DNA from: an uncultured Actinomycetota bacterium
GTDB taxonomy: Bacteria > Actinomycetota > Actinomycetes > Streptosporangiales > Streptosporangiaceae
Length of the DNA stretch: 64,000 bases
Assembly: GCA_963734665.1 (NCBI GenBank)
Contig: CAVTIR010000009.1
Location: forward strand, 12,498 to 76,497
Direction: 5' to 3'
The position numbers were made by a program, and so were the translations under genes. Numbering within the stretch: the first letter of the stretch is position 1; each line of letters begins with the position of its first letter. The notes beneath the pieces were generated by a model. The model was not told where the DNA came from and made no database searches. It saw only the letters and a list, made by a program, of their open reading frames with translations. Shown in pieces: positions 27,535 to 38,774 of this stretch.

Positions 27535-28948
27535 CTAGCCGACGAGTGTCTTCACCGCCGATGTCATGTCGGCCAGGGCCTTCTTCGCGTCGGCGAAGTA
27601 CATGCTGGTCTTGGGGTCGGCGTACAGCTCGTTGTCGATGCCGGCGTAGCCCGTGCCCATGGAGCGCTTGATCACGATGATCGACTTGGCCTGGTCGACG
27701 TCGAGGATCGGCATGCCGGAGATCGCCGTTCCCGGCCAGGCGGGCGGCCGGGTTGGTCACGTCGTTCGCGCCGATCACGAGCGCTACGTCCGCCCGCGCA
27801 AACTCCGGGTTGATCTCATCCATCTCCTTCAGCAGCGGGTACGGCACGTTGGCCTCGGCGAGCAGCACGTTCATGTGGCCCGGCATCCGGCCGGCGACCG
27901 GGTGGATCGCGTAGGAGACCTCGATGCCCTTCGACTCGAGCAGGGACGCCAGTTCGGCGACGCCGTGCTGCGCCTGGGCGGCGGCAAGGCCGTAGCCGGG
28001 CACGATGATCACCTTGGACGCGTAGGCGAGCTGGATGGCGGCGTCGTCGGCGGCGATCGACCGGATCTGCGCGTCGCCCGCCACCACTGCGGCCACCGCG
28101 CTGTCCCCGGTGCCGAACCCGCCGATGATGATGTTGGCGAGGGAGCGGTTCATCGCGTCGGCCATCAGCTTGGTGAGGATTCCGCCGGACGCGCCGACAA
28201 GCGCGCCGGCCACGATCAACGCCCAGTTCCCGATGACGAACCCGGCCATGGCCACAGCGGTGCCGGTGAAGGCGTTGAGCAGCGAGATCACGACCGGCAT
28301 GTCCGCGCCGCCGATCGGCAGCACCATCATGACCCCGAACGCCAGCGAGGCGAGCACCACGATGAGCAGTGCGGGCAGCGACGCCGTGGTGAGCATGTAC
28401 GCGCCCGTCCCGATGGCGATCACCACGAGCGCGGCGTTGAGCACGCGCCCGCCCCGGAACATGATCGGCTGCCCGGTGATGATCCCCTGCAGCTTGCCCG
28501 CGGCGATCAGCGACCCGGTGAACGTTACCGAGCCGATGATCACGTCGAGCACCGTGAAGACCGAGGTGGTGCCGAGCACCCCGCCGGGCGTGGACTCGTC
28601 ATGGATGTACTCGTAGATCGCGACGAGGGCGGCAGCGCCGCCGCCGACCGCGTTGAACATGGACACGAGCTGTGGCATCGCGGTCATCTGGATCGTGCGC
28701 GCGGAGTAGAGCCCGGCGGCGGAGCCGAGCAGCGCCCCAACGATCAGTACGGTCCAGCCGACCGCGGTCACGGAGCCGTCGTGGATCAGCAGGACCAGCG
28801 TGATGATGATGGCGATGGCCATGCCCGCGGTGGAGACCTGGTTGCCGCGCCGTGCGGTCGCGGGGGAGTTCATCAGGTGCAGGCCGATGACGAAGCATGC
28901 GGCCGCCAGCACGTAGACCAGCTGGATGTTTGTGGTGAAGGTGGTCAC
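27535..28948 (-). CDS. pntB: NAD(P) transhydrogenase beta subunit, with an apparent 1-nt frameshift near 27730
   Basis: MTAMPQLV, GGADMPVVISLLN, HPVAGRMPGHMNVLLAEA, GANDVTNPAA; conserved tail ISGMPILDV...KRSMGTGYAGIDNEL..FADAK lies in another frame and ends at TAG 27535. Confidence 0.92.
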
Positions 28949-28957
28949 GGCCGTCCC

Positions 28958-29311
28958 TTAAGGCTGAGTGTGCGGCGCGGACTGCGCCGGGAGTTGGCCA
29001 TTTGGATCAGCGGCGGGAGCCTGCGGCTGGGCCTTGCGCCGGAACATCTTCAGCATCCGGCCGGTCACCGCGTACCCGCCGACCACGTTCGCGGCGGCGA
29101 AGAACGCGGCGACGAACGCGAGCACGTACCCGACGACGTTGTGCGAGGTGACGCCGATCAGTAGCGCGCCCGCCAGGACGATGCCGTGGATCGAGTTGGC
29201 CGCCGACATCAGCGGCGTGTGCAAGGTGGCGGGGACCTTGCCGATGACCTCGATGCCGACGAGCAGCGCGAGTACGAAGATGGTGAGGTCAGTGACCAGT
29301 GCGGTCGACAT
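28958..29311 (-). CDS. pntAB: NAD(P) transhydrogenase alpha subunit, membrane part
   Basis: VPATLHTPLMSAANSIHG, NVVGGYAVT.RML.MF. Confidence 0.93.
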   Translation of the reverse strand: MSTALVTDLTIFVLALLVGIEVIGKVPATLHTPLMSAANSIHGIVLAGALLIGVTSHNVVGYVLAFVAAFFAAANVVGGYAVTGRMLKMFRRKAQPQAPAADPNGQLPAQSAPHTQP

Positions 29312-29313
29312 CG

Positions 29314-30480
29314 CTAGCTCCCTTGGCTCTCGGTTTCGGCGGCGAGCAGCTTCGTGACGGCGGGGTGCACTACCTCGCTGCCGTGGGCGATGACGACCCC
29401 GGCCTGGATCTCATCGGAGGTGTCTATCTTCAGCATCATTTCATTCGAATCACTGGCGCTGACCAGGTGCAGGAGCAGCGCGCTGATGTTACGGGAGTAG
29501 GCGTTGGACGCGGCCGTCGGCACGGAGGCGGCCAGGTTTTCCGCTCCGATGATCGTGACCCCGTTCGGCGTGACGACGACCTGTCCGGGCACCGAGCCGG
29601 CCACGTTCCCACCGAGCTGGCTCGACCCCATGTCCACGATGACCGATCCAGGAGCCATCTGGCCCACCGCATCCGAGGTGACGAGCAGCGGCGGCCGCCG
29701 TCCTGGCACCTGTGCGGTCGTGATGATGACGTCCTGCCTGGCGATGTGCCCGGCGAGCTCGGCCTGCTGAGCGTCCCGCTCCTCGGCGGTGAGCTCGCGG
29801 GCGTAGCCCCCCTCACCTGCGGCGCTGATGGTCAGCTCGATGAACGTCGCGCCGAGCGACTGGACCTCGCTTTTGGACGCGGGGCGCACGTCGTAGCCGC
29901 TGACCTGCGCGCCGAGGCGCCTGGCGGTGCCGATCGCCTGCAGCCCGGCCACCCCGGCGCCGAGCACGAGCAGCTTCGCCGGCCGCGCCGTGCCGGCCGC
30001 GGTGATCAGCAGCGGGAAGAACCTGCCGTAGGCCTCGGCGGCGACGAGCGTCGCCTTGTACCCGGCGACGTTGGCCTGCGAGGTCAGCGCGTCCATACCC
30101 TGGGCCCGCGACAGCGTGCGCGGCAGCCCGTCAAGCGAGATAGCGGTGACGCCGTGGTCCGCGAGCGAGCTGGCCAGGTGCGGGTCGGTCAGCGGCGCGA
30201 GCATGCCGATCACGGCCTGCCCGGCGCGCAGCCTGGCAAGCGCGGCCTTATCGGGCCGGGTCACCGTAAGGATGACATCCGCAGTGGCGTACAGCTCGTC
30301 GGTGCTGGTAATCACCGCCCCGGCCGCCGTATACGTTTCGTCGGGAAACCAGGCGCCATCCCCGGCTCCCTGCTCGACAAGTACTTCAAGCCCGCCCTGA
30401 CGCAGCTTCTGCACCGTTTCAGGTACCAGGGCGACGCGCCGTTCGCCCGGCGCGCTCTCCTTAACGACAGCGACTTTCAT
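29314..30480 (-). CDS. pntAA: NAD(P) transhydrogenase alpha subunit, NAD-binding part
   Basis: GERRVALVP, RAQGMDALTSQ, GAGVAGLQA, GGYAREL; start ATG 30480. Confidence 0.94.
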   Translation of the reverse strand: MKVAVVKESAPGERRVALVPETVQKLRQGGLEVLVEQGAGDGAWFPDETYTAAGAVITSTDELYATADVILTVTRPDKAALARLRAGQAVIGMLAPLTDPHLASSLADHGVTAISLDGLPRTLSRAQGMDALTSQANVAGYKATLVAAEAYGRFFPLLITAAGTARPAKLLVLGAGVAGLQAIGTARRLGAQVSGYDVRPASKSEVQSLGATFIELTISAAGEGGYARELTAEERDAQQAELAGHIARQDVIITTAQVPGRRPPLLVTSDAVGQMAPGSVIVDMGSSQLGGNVAGSVPGQVVVTPNGVTIIGAENLAASVPTAASNAYSRNISALLLHLVSASDSNEMMLKIDTSDEIQAGVVIAHGSEVVHPAVTKLLAAETESQGS

Positions 30481-30948
30481 GCCAGCACTCGCTTCATCCC
30501 CTGTTCGCCTCTCCGCGCGACCGCGTCTCACATTTGAGGCTAAACCGCAAGGGAGAGGACGCGGTAGGCGGGATGATCCTACAACATTGCTACTTTTACC
30601 ACGTTCGTGCAGATTCATACTTTTTGGGGTGGGTGTTTCTGTTGGTGCTGTCCTTGCTCAGAGTGAAGGTAGTGCGACAGTTACTCTCAAGCGATCCCCC
30701 GAACGAGCGCGGCTTACTCCCACCCGTCCCATTGCCGCAAAGGGCCCCAGGACCTTTACAGAGGCCCCGTACGCCACAAAAGCGCAGGCCAGCCACTCTC
30801 GCTCACCCAGATGCCCCGGCATCTGTCTCGTTCACCCCAACGCCCCGTAAGCATGAGCTCGAACCCACGAACGAGTCGGCGATGTCGGTGCCGACGCCCG
30901 CGGGGGATCCGGGATGTCGGCCGCCGACGCATCGCGAGGCGCCATCTA

Positions 30949-31008
30949 CCGGCTCGTTTGCGCTTCTGGGCGCTTCTATCGGGGCCAATTGCGCATTCGA
31001 GCCGGTTG
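30949..31008. repeat. Family-3 imperfect hairpin element
   Basis: CCGGCTCGTTTGCGC...GCGCATTCGAGCCGG; reverse complement matches 53528-53585 inside smc at 46/58 positions. Confidence 0.8.
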
Positions 31009-31102
31009 AGGTCCCGGGATGAAGAGCCAGCTGGTGCCCGCGTGGCGGTTAGCGGTGTGCTGCTCGACTGATAATCATGGAAACCTTTATTCGCTGTGCA
31101 AG

Positions 31103-31128
31103 TTTTTAGCCGTCATGGCGGCTAAAAA
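31103..31128. terminator. Hairpin with T/A tails, possible bidirectional terminator
   Basis: TTTTTAGCCGTC-AT-GGCGGCTAAAAA, about 180 bp downstream of the IclR gene. Confidence 0.55.
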
Positions 31129-31309
31129 TTTCCAAGATCATGCCCTGGCCTGTTCAGATGCCGGGCTAGCTGACGCCGGGCGCGACCAACGCAAGCTGAC
31201 CGGAAAGCCGGTTCCCGACGCGAGCCAGCAAACACGCGCCGGATTTCGCGCCCGCGTGACGCCCCATCTGGGGACCTACGGCTGAGTGGCAGTGGCCTGC
31301 GGTGCGCCG

Positions 31310-32305
31310 TTACGACCCGCGGTGGGTGGACTCGGCGCGGAGCAGTTCGCCGATTCGCTCGCCGGCCGCGAGGACCGCATTGGCATGCAGCCTTCCAGGC
31401 GAGCGGGTTAGGCGCTCGATAGGTCCCGACACGGAGACAGCGGCAAGTACCTTGCCACCCGCGCCGCGCACCGGGGCGGATACCGAAGCGACGCCGAGTT
31501 CCCGCTCGGCCGCGCTCGCGGCCCAGCCACGGCGGCGGACGCCGGCCAGCGTGGTGGCGGTGAACTTGGCGCCGCGCAGGCCCCGGTGCATCCGCTCGCC
31601 CTCTTCCCAGGCGAGCAGGACCTGCGCGGCCGAGCCTGCGGTCATCGGCAGCGCCGCACCGACCGGCACGGTGTCCCGCAGCCCGCTGGCCCGCTCGGCG
31701 GCAGCCACGCAGACCCGGACGTCGCCGGCGCTCCCGCCCCCGGCCAGCCGGTAGAGCTGCGCGCTTTCTCCTGTGACGTCCCGCAGCTGGACGAGGACTG
31801 GCTGGGAGACGGCAAGCAGCCGGTCCTCGCCGGCCGCCGAGGCGAGCTCGCCGACCCGGGGTCCGAGGACGAACCGGCCCTGCACGTCCCGCCCGAGGAG
31901 CCGGTGGTGCTCAAGTGCGACCGCGATCCGGTGCGTGGTGGGACGGGCCAGCCCGGTCGCCGCGACGAGCTGCGCGAGCGTCGCGGGGCCGCTCTCCACG
32001 GCGGCCAGCACGGCCACGGCCTTATCCAGTACGCCAACGCCGCTGTTGTCCCCCCGGGGGGCGACCCCCCGTATCCCGCCGGATGCGCGCCCGATGGCAA
32101 GAGCAGCCATCGGATCGGGCGCGGATCCGGCCCTTCCCGAGGGGACGACCCCTCGTACCCCGCTGTTACTCCCCGGGGGGACGACCCCCCGTACCCCACT
32201 GTTACTCCCCGGGGGGACGATCCCCCGTACCCCCCGCGACGAAGAGCTGGTGGTATCCCCGTCCATCCCGCTTGAGGCGTCACCGCTACTGGTAATATTG
32301 CCCAT
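31310..32305 (-). CDS. ndgR: IclR-family regulator of leuCD (NdgR/LtbR/Rv2989 orthologue) with an N-terminal repeat-derived insertion
   Basis: SGVGVLDKA..ESGPATL..ATGLARPT.HR; divergent from leuC; first plausible start ATG 32305 (MGNITSSG). Confidence 0.88.
   Translation of the reverse strand: MGNITSSGDASSGMDGDTTSSSSRGVRGIVPPGSNSGVRGVVPPGSNSGVRGVVPSGRAGSAPDPMAALAIGRASGGIRGVAPRGDNSGVGVLDKAVAVLAAVESGPATLAQLVAATGLARPTTHRIAVALEHHRLLGRDVQGRFVLGPRVGELASAAGEDRLLAVSQPVLVQLRDVTGESAQLYRLAGGGSAGDVRVCVAAAERASGLRDTVPVGAALPMTAGSAAQVLLAWEEGERMHRGLRGAKFTATTLAGVRRRGWAASAAERELGVASVSAPVRGAGGKVLAAVSVSGPIERLTRSPGRLHANAVLAAGERIGELLRAESTHRGS
32041..32237 (+). repeat. Family-1 cluster (4 x module A, 1 x module B) inside the IclR ORF
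   Basis: Module A at about 32055, 32139, 32174, 32210; module B 32079-32130. Confidence 0.92.
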
Positions 32306-32340
32306 GTACTGATACTGCCGTCTCAAATCGTGAGATGCAA
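32306..32340. promoter_or_regulatory. Putative IclR operator and -10 element of a leaderless iclR transcript
   Basis: Palindrome GTCTCA-aatcg-TGAGAT at 32320-32336; CAGTAT 6 nt upstream of ATG 32305 on the minus strand. Confidence 0.55.
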
Positions 32341-32462
32341 GTCGAGACGCGCAGGGTGAGTCTTGGTCTTTTTCACGGTTGCGACCAAGTGAAACCTTGG
32401 AGCACGGGCAAAAGAACAAGACTCAGTACCCAGCGAATCAGCAACCTAAGGAGATGGACCGC

Positions 32463-33886
<1,424 letters not shown>

Positions 33887-33893
<7 letters not shown>

Positions 33894-34070
33894 CTCCCGG
33901 GGGCGACCTCCCGTACCCCGCCGGATGCGCGCCCGATGGCAAAAACCGCCATCGTATCGGGCGCGCATCCGGCCCCCCTTCCGGGGGGACACCCCCCGTA
34001 CCCCCCGATGTCCGCGCGGACGGGCCTGATCGCAAAAACCGCGGTCATATCAGGCCCGTCCGCGCGGACA
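33887..34070 (+). repeat. Two family-1 elements (A+B, A+B) between leuC and leuD
   Basis: Begins at the leuC stop; module B at about 33921-33972 and 34010-34069. Confidence 0.92.
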
Positions 34071-34113
34071 AAGGCAGCGGGGATCCGCGCTTTCGTTACT
34101 CACAGGAGAAACT

Positions 34114-34719
34114 ATGGAACCGTTCGTTACGCTCACCGGGCGGGCCCTGCCGCTGCGGCGCACCAACGTCGACACCGATCAGATCATCCCGGCCGTGTAC
34201 CTCAAGCGGGTCAGCCGCGATGGGTTCGGCGACGGGCTGTTCGCCGCCTGGCGCGAGGACCCGTCCTTCGTCCTGAACCAGCCGCGCTACGCGGGCGCGA
34301 CGATCCTCGTGGCGGGCACGGACTTCGGCACCGGCTCGTCGCGGGAGCACGCGGTCTGGGCACTCCTCGACTACGGCTTCCGCGCGGTGATCGCGCCGAG
34401 GTTCGGTGACATCTTCCGCACTAACTCCACCAAGGCGGGTCTGCTCCCCGTGGTGCTGCCGGAGAAGGTCGTAGCGCTCATCCAGGACGCGGCCGAGGCC
34501 GAGCCCCCGGCCGAGGTCACCGTGGACCTCGACAAGCGCGAGGTCCGGGTCACCGGCGCCGCCCTCGCCGAGCCCCTCGTGGAGCCGTTCCAGATCGACG
34601 ACTACACCCGCTGGCGCCTCATGGAGGGCCTGGACGACATCGGCCTAACCCTCCGCCATGAGGACGAGATCTCCGCCTTCGAGTCCACCCGCCCATCCTT
34701 CCTCCCCGCAACGTTGTAA
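34114..34719 (+). CDS. leuD: 3-isopropylmalate dehydratase small subunit
   Basis: [32 protein letters not shown]. Confidence 0.98.
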   Translation: MEPFVTLTGRALPLRRTNVDTDQIIPAVYLKRVSRDGFGDGLFAAWREDPSFVLNQPRYAGATILVAGTDFGTGSSREHAVWALLDYGFRAVIAPRFGDIFRTNSTKAGLLPVVLPEKVVALIQDAAEAEPPAEVTVDLDKREVRVTGAALAEPLVEPFQIDDYTRWRLMEGLDDIGLTLRHEDEISAFESTRPSFLPATL

Positions 34720-34774
34720 CCGGGGGAGAATCGTCCGACCTCCAGCCCTGGGGACCACAGAGCCAGCTTCCCCC

Positions 34775-34922
34775 GGTGGCCGGGCCCTCGGCCGTGGCGG
34801 GAACCGGGCATACCGGGCGGCCCGCAGCGCGAGGCAGGGATAGTGGATCGCTGTACGCGCCCTGGCGTGTACAGCGATCCACTATCTTCGCGTCCGCTTT
34901 GCGGAGCCGGGCCGACGTCCCA
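34775..34922 (+). repeat. Family-2 element, copy 2 (48-nt hairpin at 34839-34886 plus conserved flanks)
   Basis: Aligns over about 140 bp with the reverse complement of 50543-50687. Confidence 0.88.
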
Positions 34923-35187
34923 CGGGCGGGGGAAGCTGGCCTGCGGCCCCCAGGGCTAGCTCGTTCGGGGGCAGCGTGCCGATTGCGCTAATCGGCGTTC
35001 TCAGGCGAGCGCCCGCCGCGGCGTCAAATGCCGAAAATCGGATATAACGGACGCCCCACGTGACACGCCTGAAACTCAGGTTGGGCCGGAACGTTGCCAT
35101 GGCCGGCCCAACGGCACGCGGGGACGGCGGCACCCGGCCTGCCGCAGCACGCGCCGCCCGCCTGCCTGGGCTCGCCGCTCGCGCTAA

Positions 35188-35209
35188 CCGAAATTTCCGG
35201 AAATTTCGG
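35188..35209. promoter_or_regulatory. Perfect 22-bp palindrome upstream of hup
   Basis: CCGAAATTTCCGGAAATTTCGG. Confidence 0.45.
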
Positions 35210-35375
35210 GCGCCGCCAGGAAATCAGGCCGGGAAAAAGGCCCGACACGCCGGCCAATATTCGGCAGAGTTATTGTGTAGGCGCGCCCGATCGCCTAATT
35301 TCGGGCTGGTCAGGGGTCGTGGCCCAGGCAAGCAGCCACAAGCGCGGCCCCCCGTGGGGGAACGCAGGAGTGAAT

Positions 35376-35699
35376 ATGAACAAGCGTGATCTGATCGACG
35401 CGCTCTCGGGTCGCCTGGGGGACAAGAAGTCCGCGACCGAGGCGCTGAACGCGGTCCTTGAGACCATTCAGTCGGCCGTGGCGGGCGGCGACAAGGTCGC
35501 CATCACCGGCTTCGGTGTCTTCGAGAAGAGCGAGCGCCCGGCGCGCACGGCGCGAAATCCTGCGACCGGTGCCGAGATTCACGTGGCCGCTCAGTCCGTG
35601 CCCAAGTTCCGTCCGGGTGCTGACTTCAAGGCGCTAGTCAACGGCGGCAACGACACCGAGGAGAAGCCGGCCGCCAAGCCAGCGGCCAAGAAGAAGTAA
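35376..35699 (+). CDS. hup: HU-family nucleoid protein with a short PAAK tail
   Basis: MNKRDLIDAL, ITGFGVFE, RTARNPATG, VPKFRPG; RBS AGGAG. Confidence 0.96.
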   Translation: MNKRDLIDALSGRLGDKKSATEALNAVLETIQSAVAGGDKVAITGFGVFEKSERPARTARNPATGAEIHVAAQSVPKFRPGADFKALVNGGNDTEEKPAAKPAAKKK

Positions 35700-35824
35700 C
35701 GCGCAGGCAGGGCACAACGTGCAGGCAGGTGCCGAGCGGCGCAAGCGCTGCGGCCTGAACGGACGGCGGCACGGGGACCCTCCCCGATGCCGCCGTGCGT
35801 TATTTCGAGGCACGCCCCCAAGGG

Positions 35825-36068
35825 CGCCAGCCAGCCAGCGCGCCGGGCGACCCAAGACGCGTAAGGCCGGTAGCCAGCGCGCCAGCCAACCAGCGCGCCA
35901 GCCAACCAGCGCGCCAGCCAACCAGCGCGCCGGGCGACCCAAGACGCGTTAGGTCGGCAATCAGCGCGCCAGCCAGCCAGCGCGCCGGGCGACCCAAGAC
36001 GCGTAAGGCCGACAGCCAGCGCGCCCGGCAATCAGCGCGCCAGGCAACCCAAGACGCGTAAAGGCCGG
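35825..36068. repeat. Composite tandem repeat
   Basis: CAGCGCGCCGGGCGACCCAAGACGCGT x4 interleaved with 16-bp CCAGCGCGCCAGCCAA units. Confidence 0.85.
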
Positions 36069-36104
36069 CAACCGACGCCGGGCCAGAACGCGTTTCAGCA
36101 GGAT

Positions 36105-37241
36105 CTAGGCCCCTCCGTCCGGCTTCGAGAGCGCCGTCGTGATGACCCTGTCAATCAGTTGCGGCATGGGCAGTCCGGAGGCCGCCCACATCATCGGGAA
36201 CCCTGACGTTGGCGTCATCCCCGGCATGGTGTTGATTTCGTTCACCAGAACGTCACCAGAAGCGGTGTAGAAGAAGTCGACTCGCGCCAGCCCCTCGCAC
36301 CCGATCGCGTCGAACGCCGCGCACGCAAGCGAACGCACACGCGAAGACGCCGCGGCGGGGATCGGCGCGGGAATCTCCATCCGCGACTCCGGTGCCAGGT
36401 ACTTGGCCTCGAAGTCATACCAGGTGGCGTGCGGGTCGACCACGATCATGCCCGGCACCGACGCCTCAGGAGAACCGCCGTTAAGCCCCTCAAGCACGGC
36501 GCACTCGATCTCGGCGCCGCGGATTGCGGCCTCGACGAGCACCTTCCTGTCAAACCGCCGCGCCTCCTCGATCGCCGCCTCAAGCTGGTCAGGCGAAGAG
36601 ACCTGCGACGTCCCGAGCGACGACCCGCCCCTGGCCGGCTTGACGAACACCGGCCAGCCGAGCTCACCCACCTCGTCGAACACGCGCTTGCGCTCAAGCG
36701 ACGAAGGGGACGAACCCCAGTCCCTGTCTCGCACCACCACGTACGGCCCGATCGGTAGCCCGCGGGCCGCGAACAGGAGCTTCATGTACTCCTTGTCCAT
36801 GCCCGCCGCGCTGGCAAGGACCCCCGCGCCGGCGTACCGGATCCCGGCCATCTCGAACAGCCCTTGGATCGTCCCGTCCTCACCGAAAGTCCCGTGCAGC
36901 AACGGCAGCACCACATCGACCTCACCGAGCTCAGGCGGCACAGCAGTGGGCCCACTGAACACCAGTGCCCCGCCGCTAGGCCCGGCCGCAGGCGTCACCG
37001 ACACGCCAGGCGTCGCCACCGCGTCCACGGACGGCGAGGAACCGGACGACAGCGCGAGCCGCGCGGGGTCCCCCGAGGTCAGCACCCACCGCCCGTCGCG
37101 CGCGATGCCGATCGGCACGATGTCGTAGCGGTCCCGGTCGATGGCCCCGAGCACCAGCCCCGCGCTCGCGCATGAAACCGCGTGCTCGGCGCTGCGTCCT
37201 CCGAACACCACGGCGATCCGGACCTTGGGCGCTGATCCCAT
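36105..37241 (-). CDS. ddl: D-alanine--D-alanine ligase
   Basis: FGGRSAEHAVS, LHGTFGEDGTIQG, FVKPARGGSS, YDFEAKY, NEINTMPG. Confidence 0.97.
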   Translation of the reverse strand: MGSAPKVRIAVVFGGRSAEHAVSCASAGLVLGAIDRDRYDIVPIGIARDGRWVLTSGDPARLALSSGSSPSVDAVATPGVSVTPAAGPSGGALVFSGPTAVPPELGEVDVVLPLLHGTFGEDGTIQGLFEMAGIRYAGAGVLASAAGMDKEYMKLLFAARGLPIGPYVVVRDRDWGSSPSSLERKRVFDEVGELGWPVFVKPARGGSSLGTSQVSSPDQLEAAIEEARRFDRKVLVEAAIRGAEIECAVLEGLNGGSPEASVPGMIVVDPHATWYDFEAKYLAPESRMEIPAPIPAAASSRVRSLACAAFDAIGCEGLARVDFFYTASGDVLVNEINTMPGMTPTSGFPMMWAASGLPMPQLIDRVITTALSKPDGGA

Positions 37242-37401
37242 GTACCACCTCCGCTGCTCCAGTCAACCCGAAGATGGTAGCCGCTGGCCAGCACAAAAAA
37301 ATTGCCTTGCCGTTTCATCCCCAATGCGAAAAGTTGCGGCCCCCTGCCATGCAGGTACAGAGTCTTCCAAACGGGACCGTGCTTCGCCTCTCCGTCCACA
37401 C

Positions 37402-37440
37402 GGTTATCTCCCGGGGGGACGACCCCCGTACCCCCGATGC
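37402..37440 (+). repeat. Family-1 module A, solo
   Basis: CCCGGGGGGACGACCCCCGTACCCCCGATG. Confidence 0.88.
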
Positions 37441-37459
37441 CGGTGCGGCCGACCGTGAT

Positions 37460-38692
37460 TCAGCCGTGGTGGTTGAGCCCCCCCAGGGCCATGAAGGCGT
37501 CGCTGATCAAGTCCTCGGAGTCTTCAAGGCCGATGGAGAAGCGCACCGCGCCGGGGTCGATGCCCGCGGCGGCCAGGGCCCGGTCGTCGAGCTGGCGGTG
37601 CGTGGTCGACGCGACGTGCGAGACGACCGTGTGCGTGCCGCCGAGCGACGACGCCGCGGCCGCGAGCCGCAGCCCGCTGGCGAAGGCGAGCCCGGCCTCG
37701 CGGCCCCCGTAGGGCGTGACGGTGACGATCGCGCCGAACCGCACCCCCTCGGGCCCGGCGTCGAACGTGCGCCGCGCCAGCTCGTGCCCTGGATGCGTCG
37801 GCAGCCCCGGATAGTCCACGTACGCGATCGCCGGGTGCTTGGCCAGCGTGGCCGCGAACACCGACGCGGTGGCAGACTGGCGGCGCACCCGGACGGGCAG
37901 CGTCTCAAGCCCGCGCCTGAGCTGGAACGCGTCGTCGGGGGACAGCGAGCCCCCGGTATCGATGCGGGTCGCGCGGACCTGGCCGATCAGCTCAAGGGAT
38001 CCGGTGACGACCCCGCCGGTAACGTCGGAGTGCCCGCCGATGTACTTGGTCGCGGAGTGCACCACGAGGTCGGCGCCGTGCTCGAGCGGCCGGCAGATCA
38101 CCGGCGGGGCGAGCGTCGAGTCGACGACAAGCAGCGCCCCCCGCTCATGCGCGATCTCCGCCAGCTGCCGAATGTCTGCCACCGCTGTCGTCGGGTTCGC
38201 GATCGTCTCCGCGTAGATGATGCGCGTCGTTGGCCGCATCGCCGCCCGCACGGCGTCCAGGTCGGTGATGTCCACGAAGTCCGTCTCGACCCCGAACCTC
38301 GTCAGGACGTTGCGCAGCAGGCTGTACGTGCCACCGTAGACCGCGGCGGACGCCACGACGTGCGCCCCCGCCCTGGTGAACGCCCAGAACACTCCCGAGA
38401 TCGCCGCCATGCCCGACGCGAACGCCTGGGCCGCGGGCCAGCGCGACAGGTTGGCCCCCTCAAGGGCCGCGACCGAGCGGGCGAACGCGTCGACCGTCGG
38501 GTTGTCGATCCTGCTGTAGCTGTAGCCGGGGACCTGGTCGTTAAGCACGGCCGCGTACTCCTGCGGCGTGGAGAACGCCCAGGCGGCCGTCCGGTAGACC
38601 GGCGTGCCGAGCGGGCGCTGCGTGGTCTCGGGCGGCGGCGGCAGGTGGACCGCCCTGGTGTTCTCACCGAGCTGCCTTCGAGCTATCTCCAC
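37460..38692 (-). CDS. Cys/Met metabolism PLP enzyme (cystathionine gamma-synthase/lyase family)
   Basis: YSRIDNPT, FASGMAAI, VYGGT, ETIANP, HSATKYIGGHSD, SLGG, RFSIGLED. Confidence 0.93.
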   Translation of the reverse strand: MEIARRQLGENTRAVHLPPPPETTQRPLGTPVYRTAAWAFSTPQEYAAVLNDQVPGYSYSRIDNPTVDAFARSVAALEGANLSRWPAAQAFASGMAAISGVFWAFTRAGAHVVASAAVYGGTYSLLRNVLTRFGVETDFVDITDLDAVRAAMRPTTRIIYAETIANPTTAVADIRQLAEIAHERGALLVVDSTLAPPVICRPLEHGADLVVHSATKYIGGHSDVTGGVVTGSLELIGQVRATRIDTGGSLSPDDAFQLRRGLETLPVRVRRQSATASVFAATLAKHPAIAYVDYPGLPTHPGHELARRTFDAGPEGVRFGAIVTVTPYGGREAGLAFASGLRLAAAASSLGGTHTVVSHVASTTHRQLDDRALAAAGIDPGAVRFSIGLEDSEDLISDAFMALGGLNHHG

Positions 38693-38774
38693 GGATGACG
38701 CTCCATCAGGTAATGCACTTCCCCCGAAGGGAACCCTAGCCGACTGCCTGCCCGTCGCGGGCCTGATACGCGGG

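Noticed and set aside
27527-27730. C-terminus of the listed 473-aa pntB ORF as real protein
   Set aside because: It is off-frame; the conserved PntB tail is in the adjacent frame ending at 27535.
30481-30700. Rex operator upstream of pnt, and the longer pntAA start at 30618
   Set aside because: No convincing TGTGAA-n-TTCACA palindrome; the extension lacks codon bias and similarity.
38757-38770. Full family-1 module B in minus orientation
   Set aside because: Only a 14-bp half arm (GCGGGCCTGATACG); possibly a remnant, too short to call.
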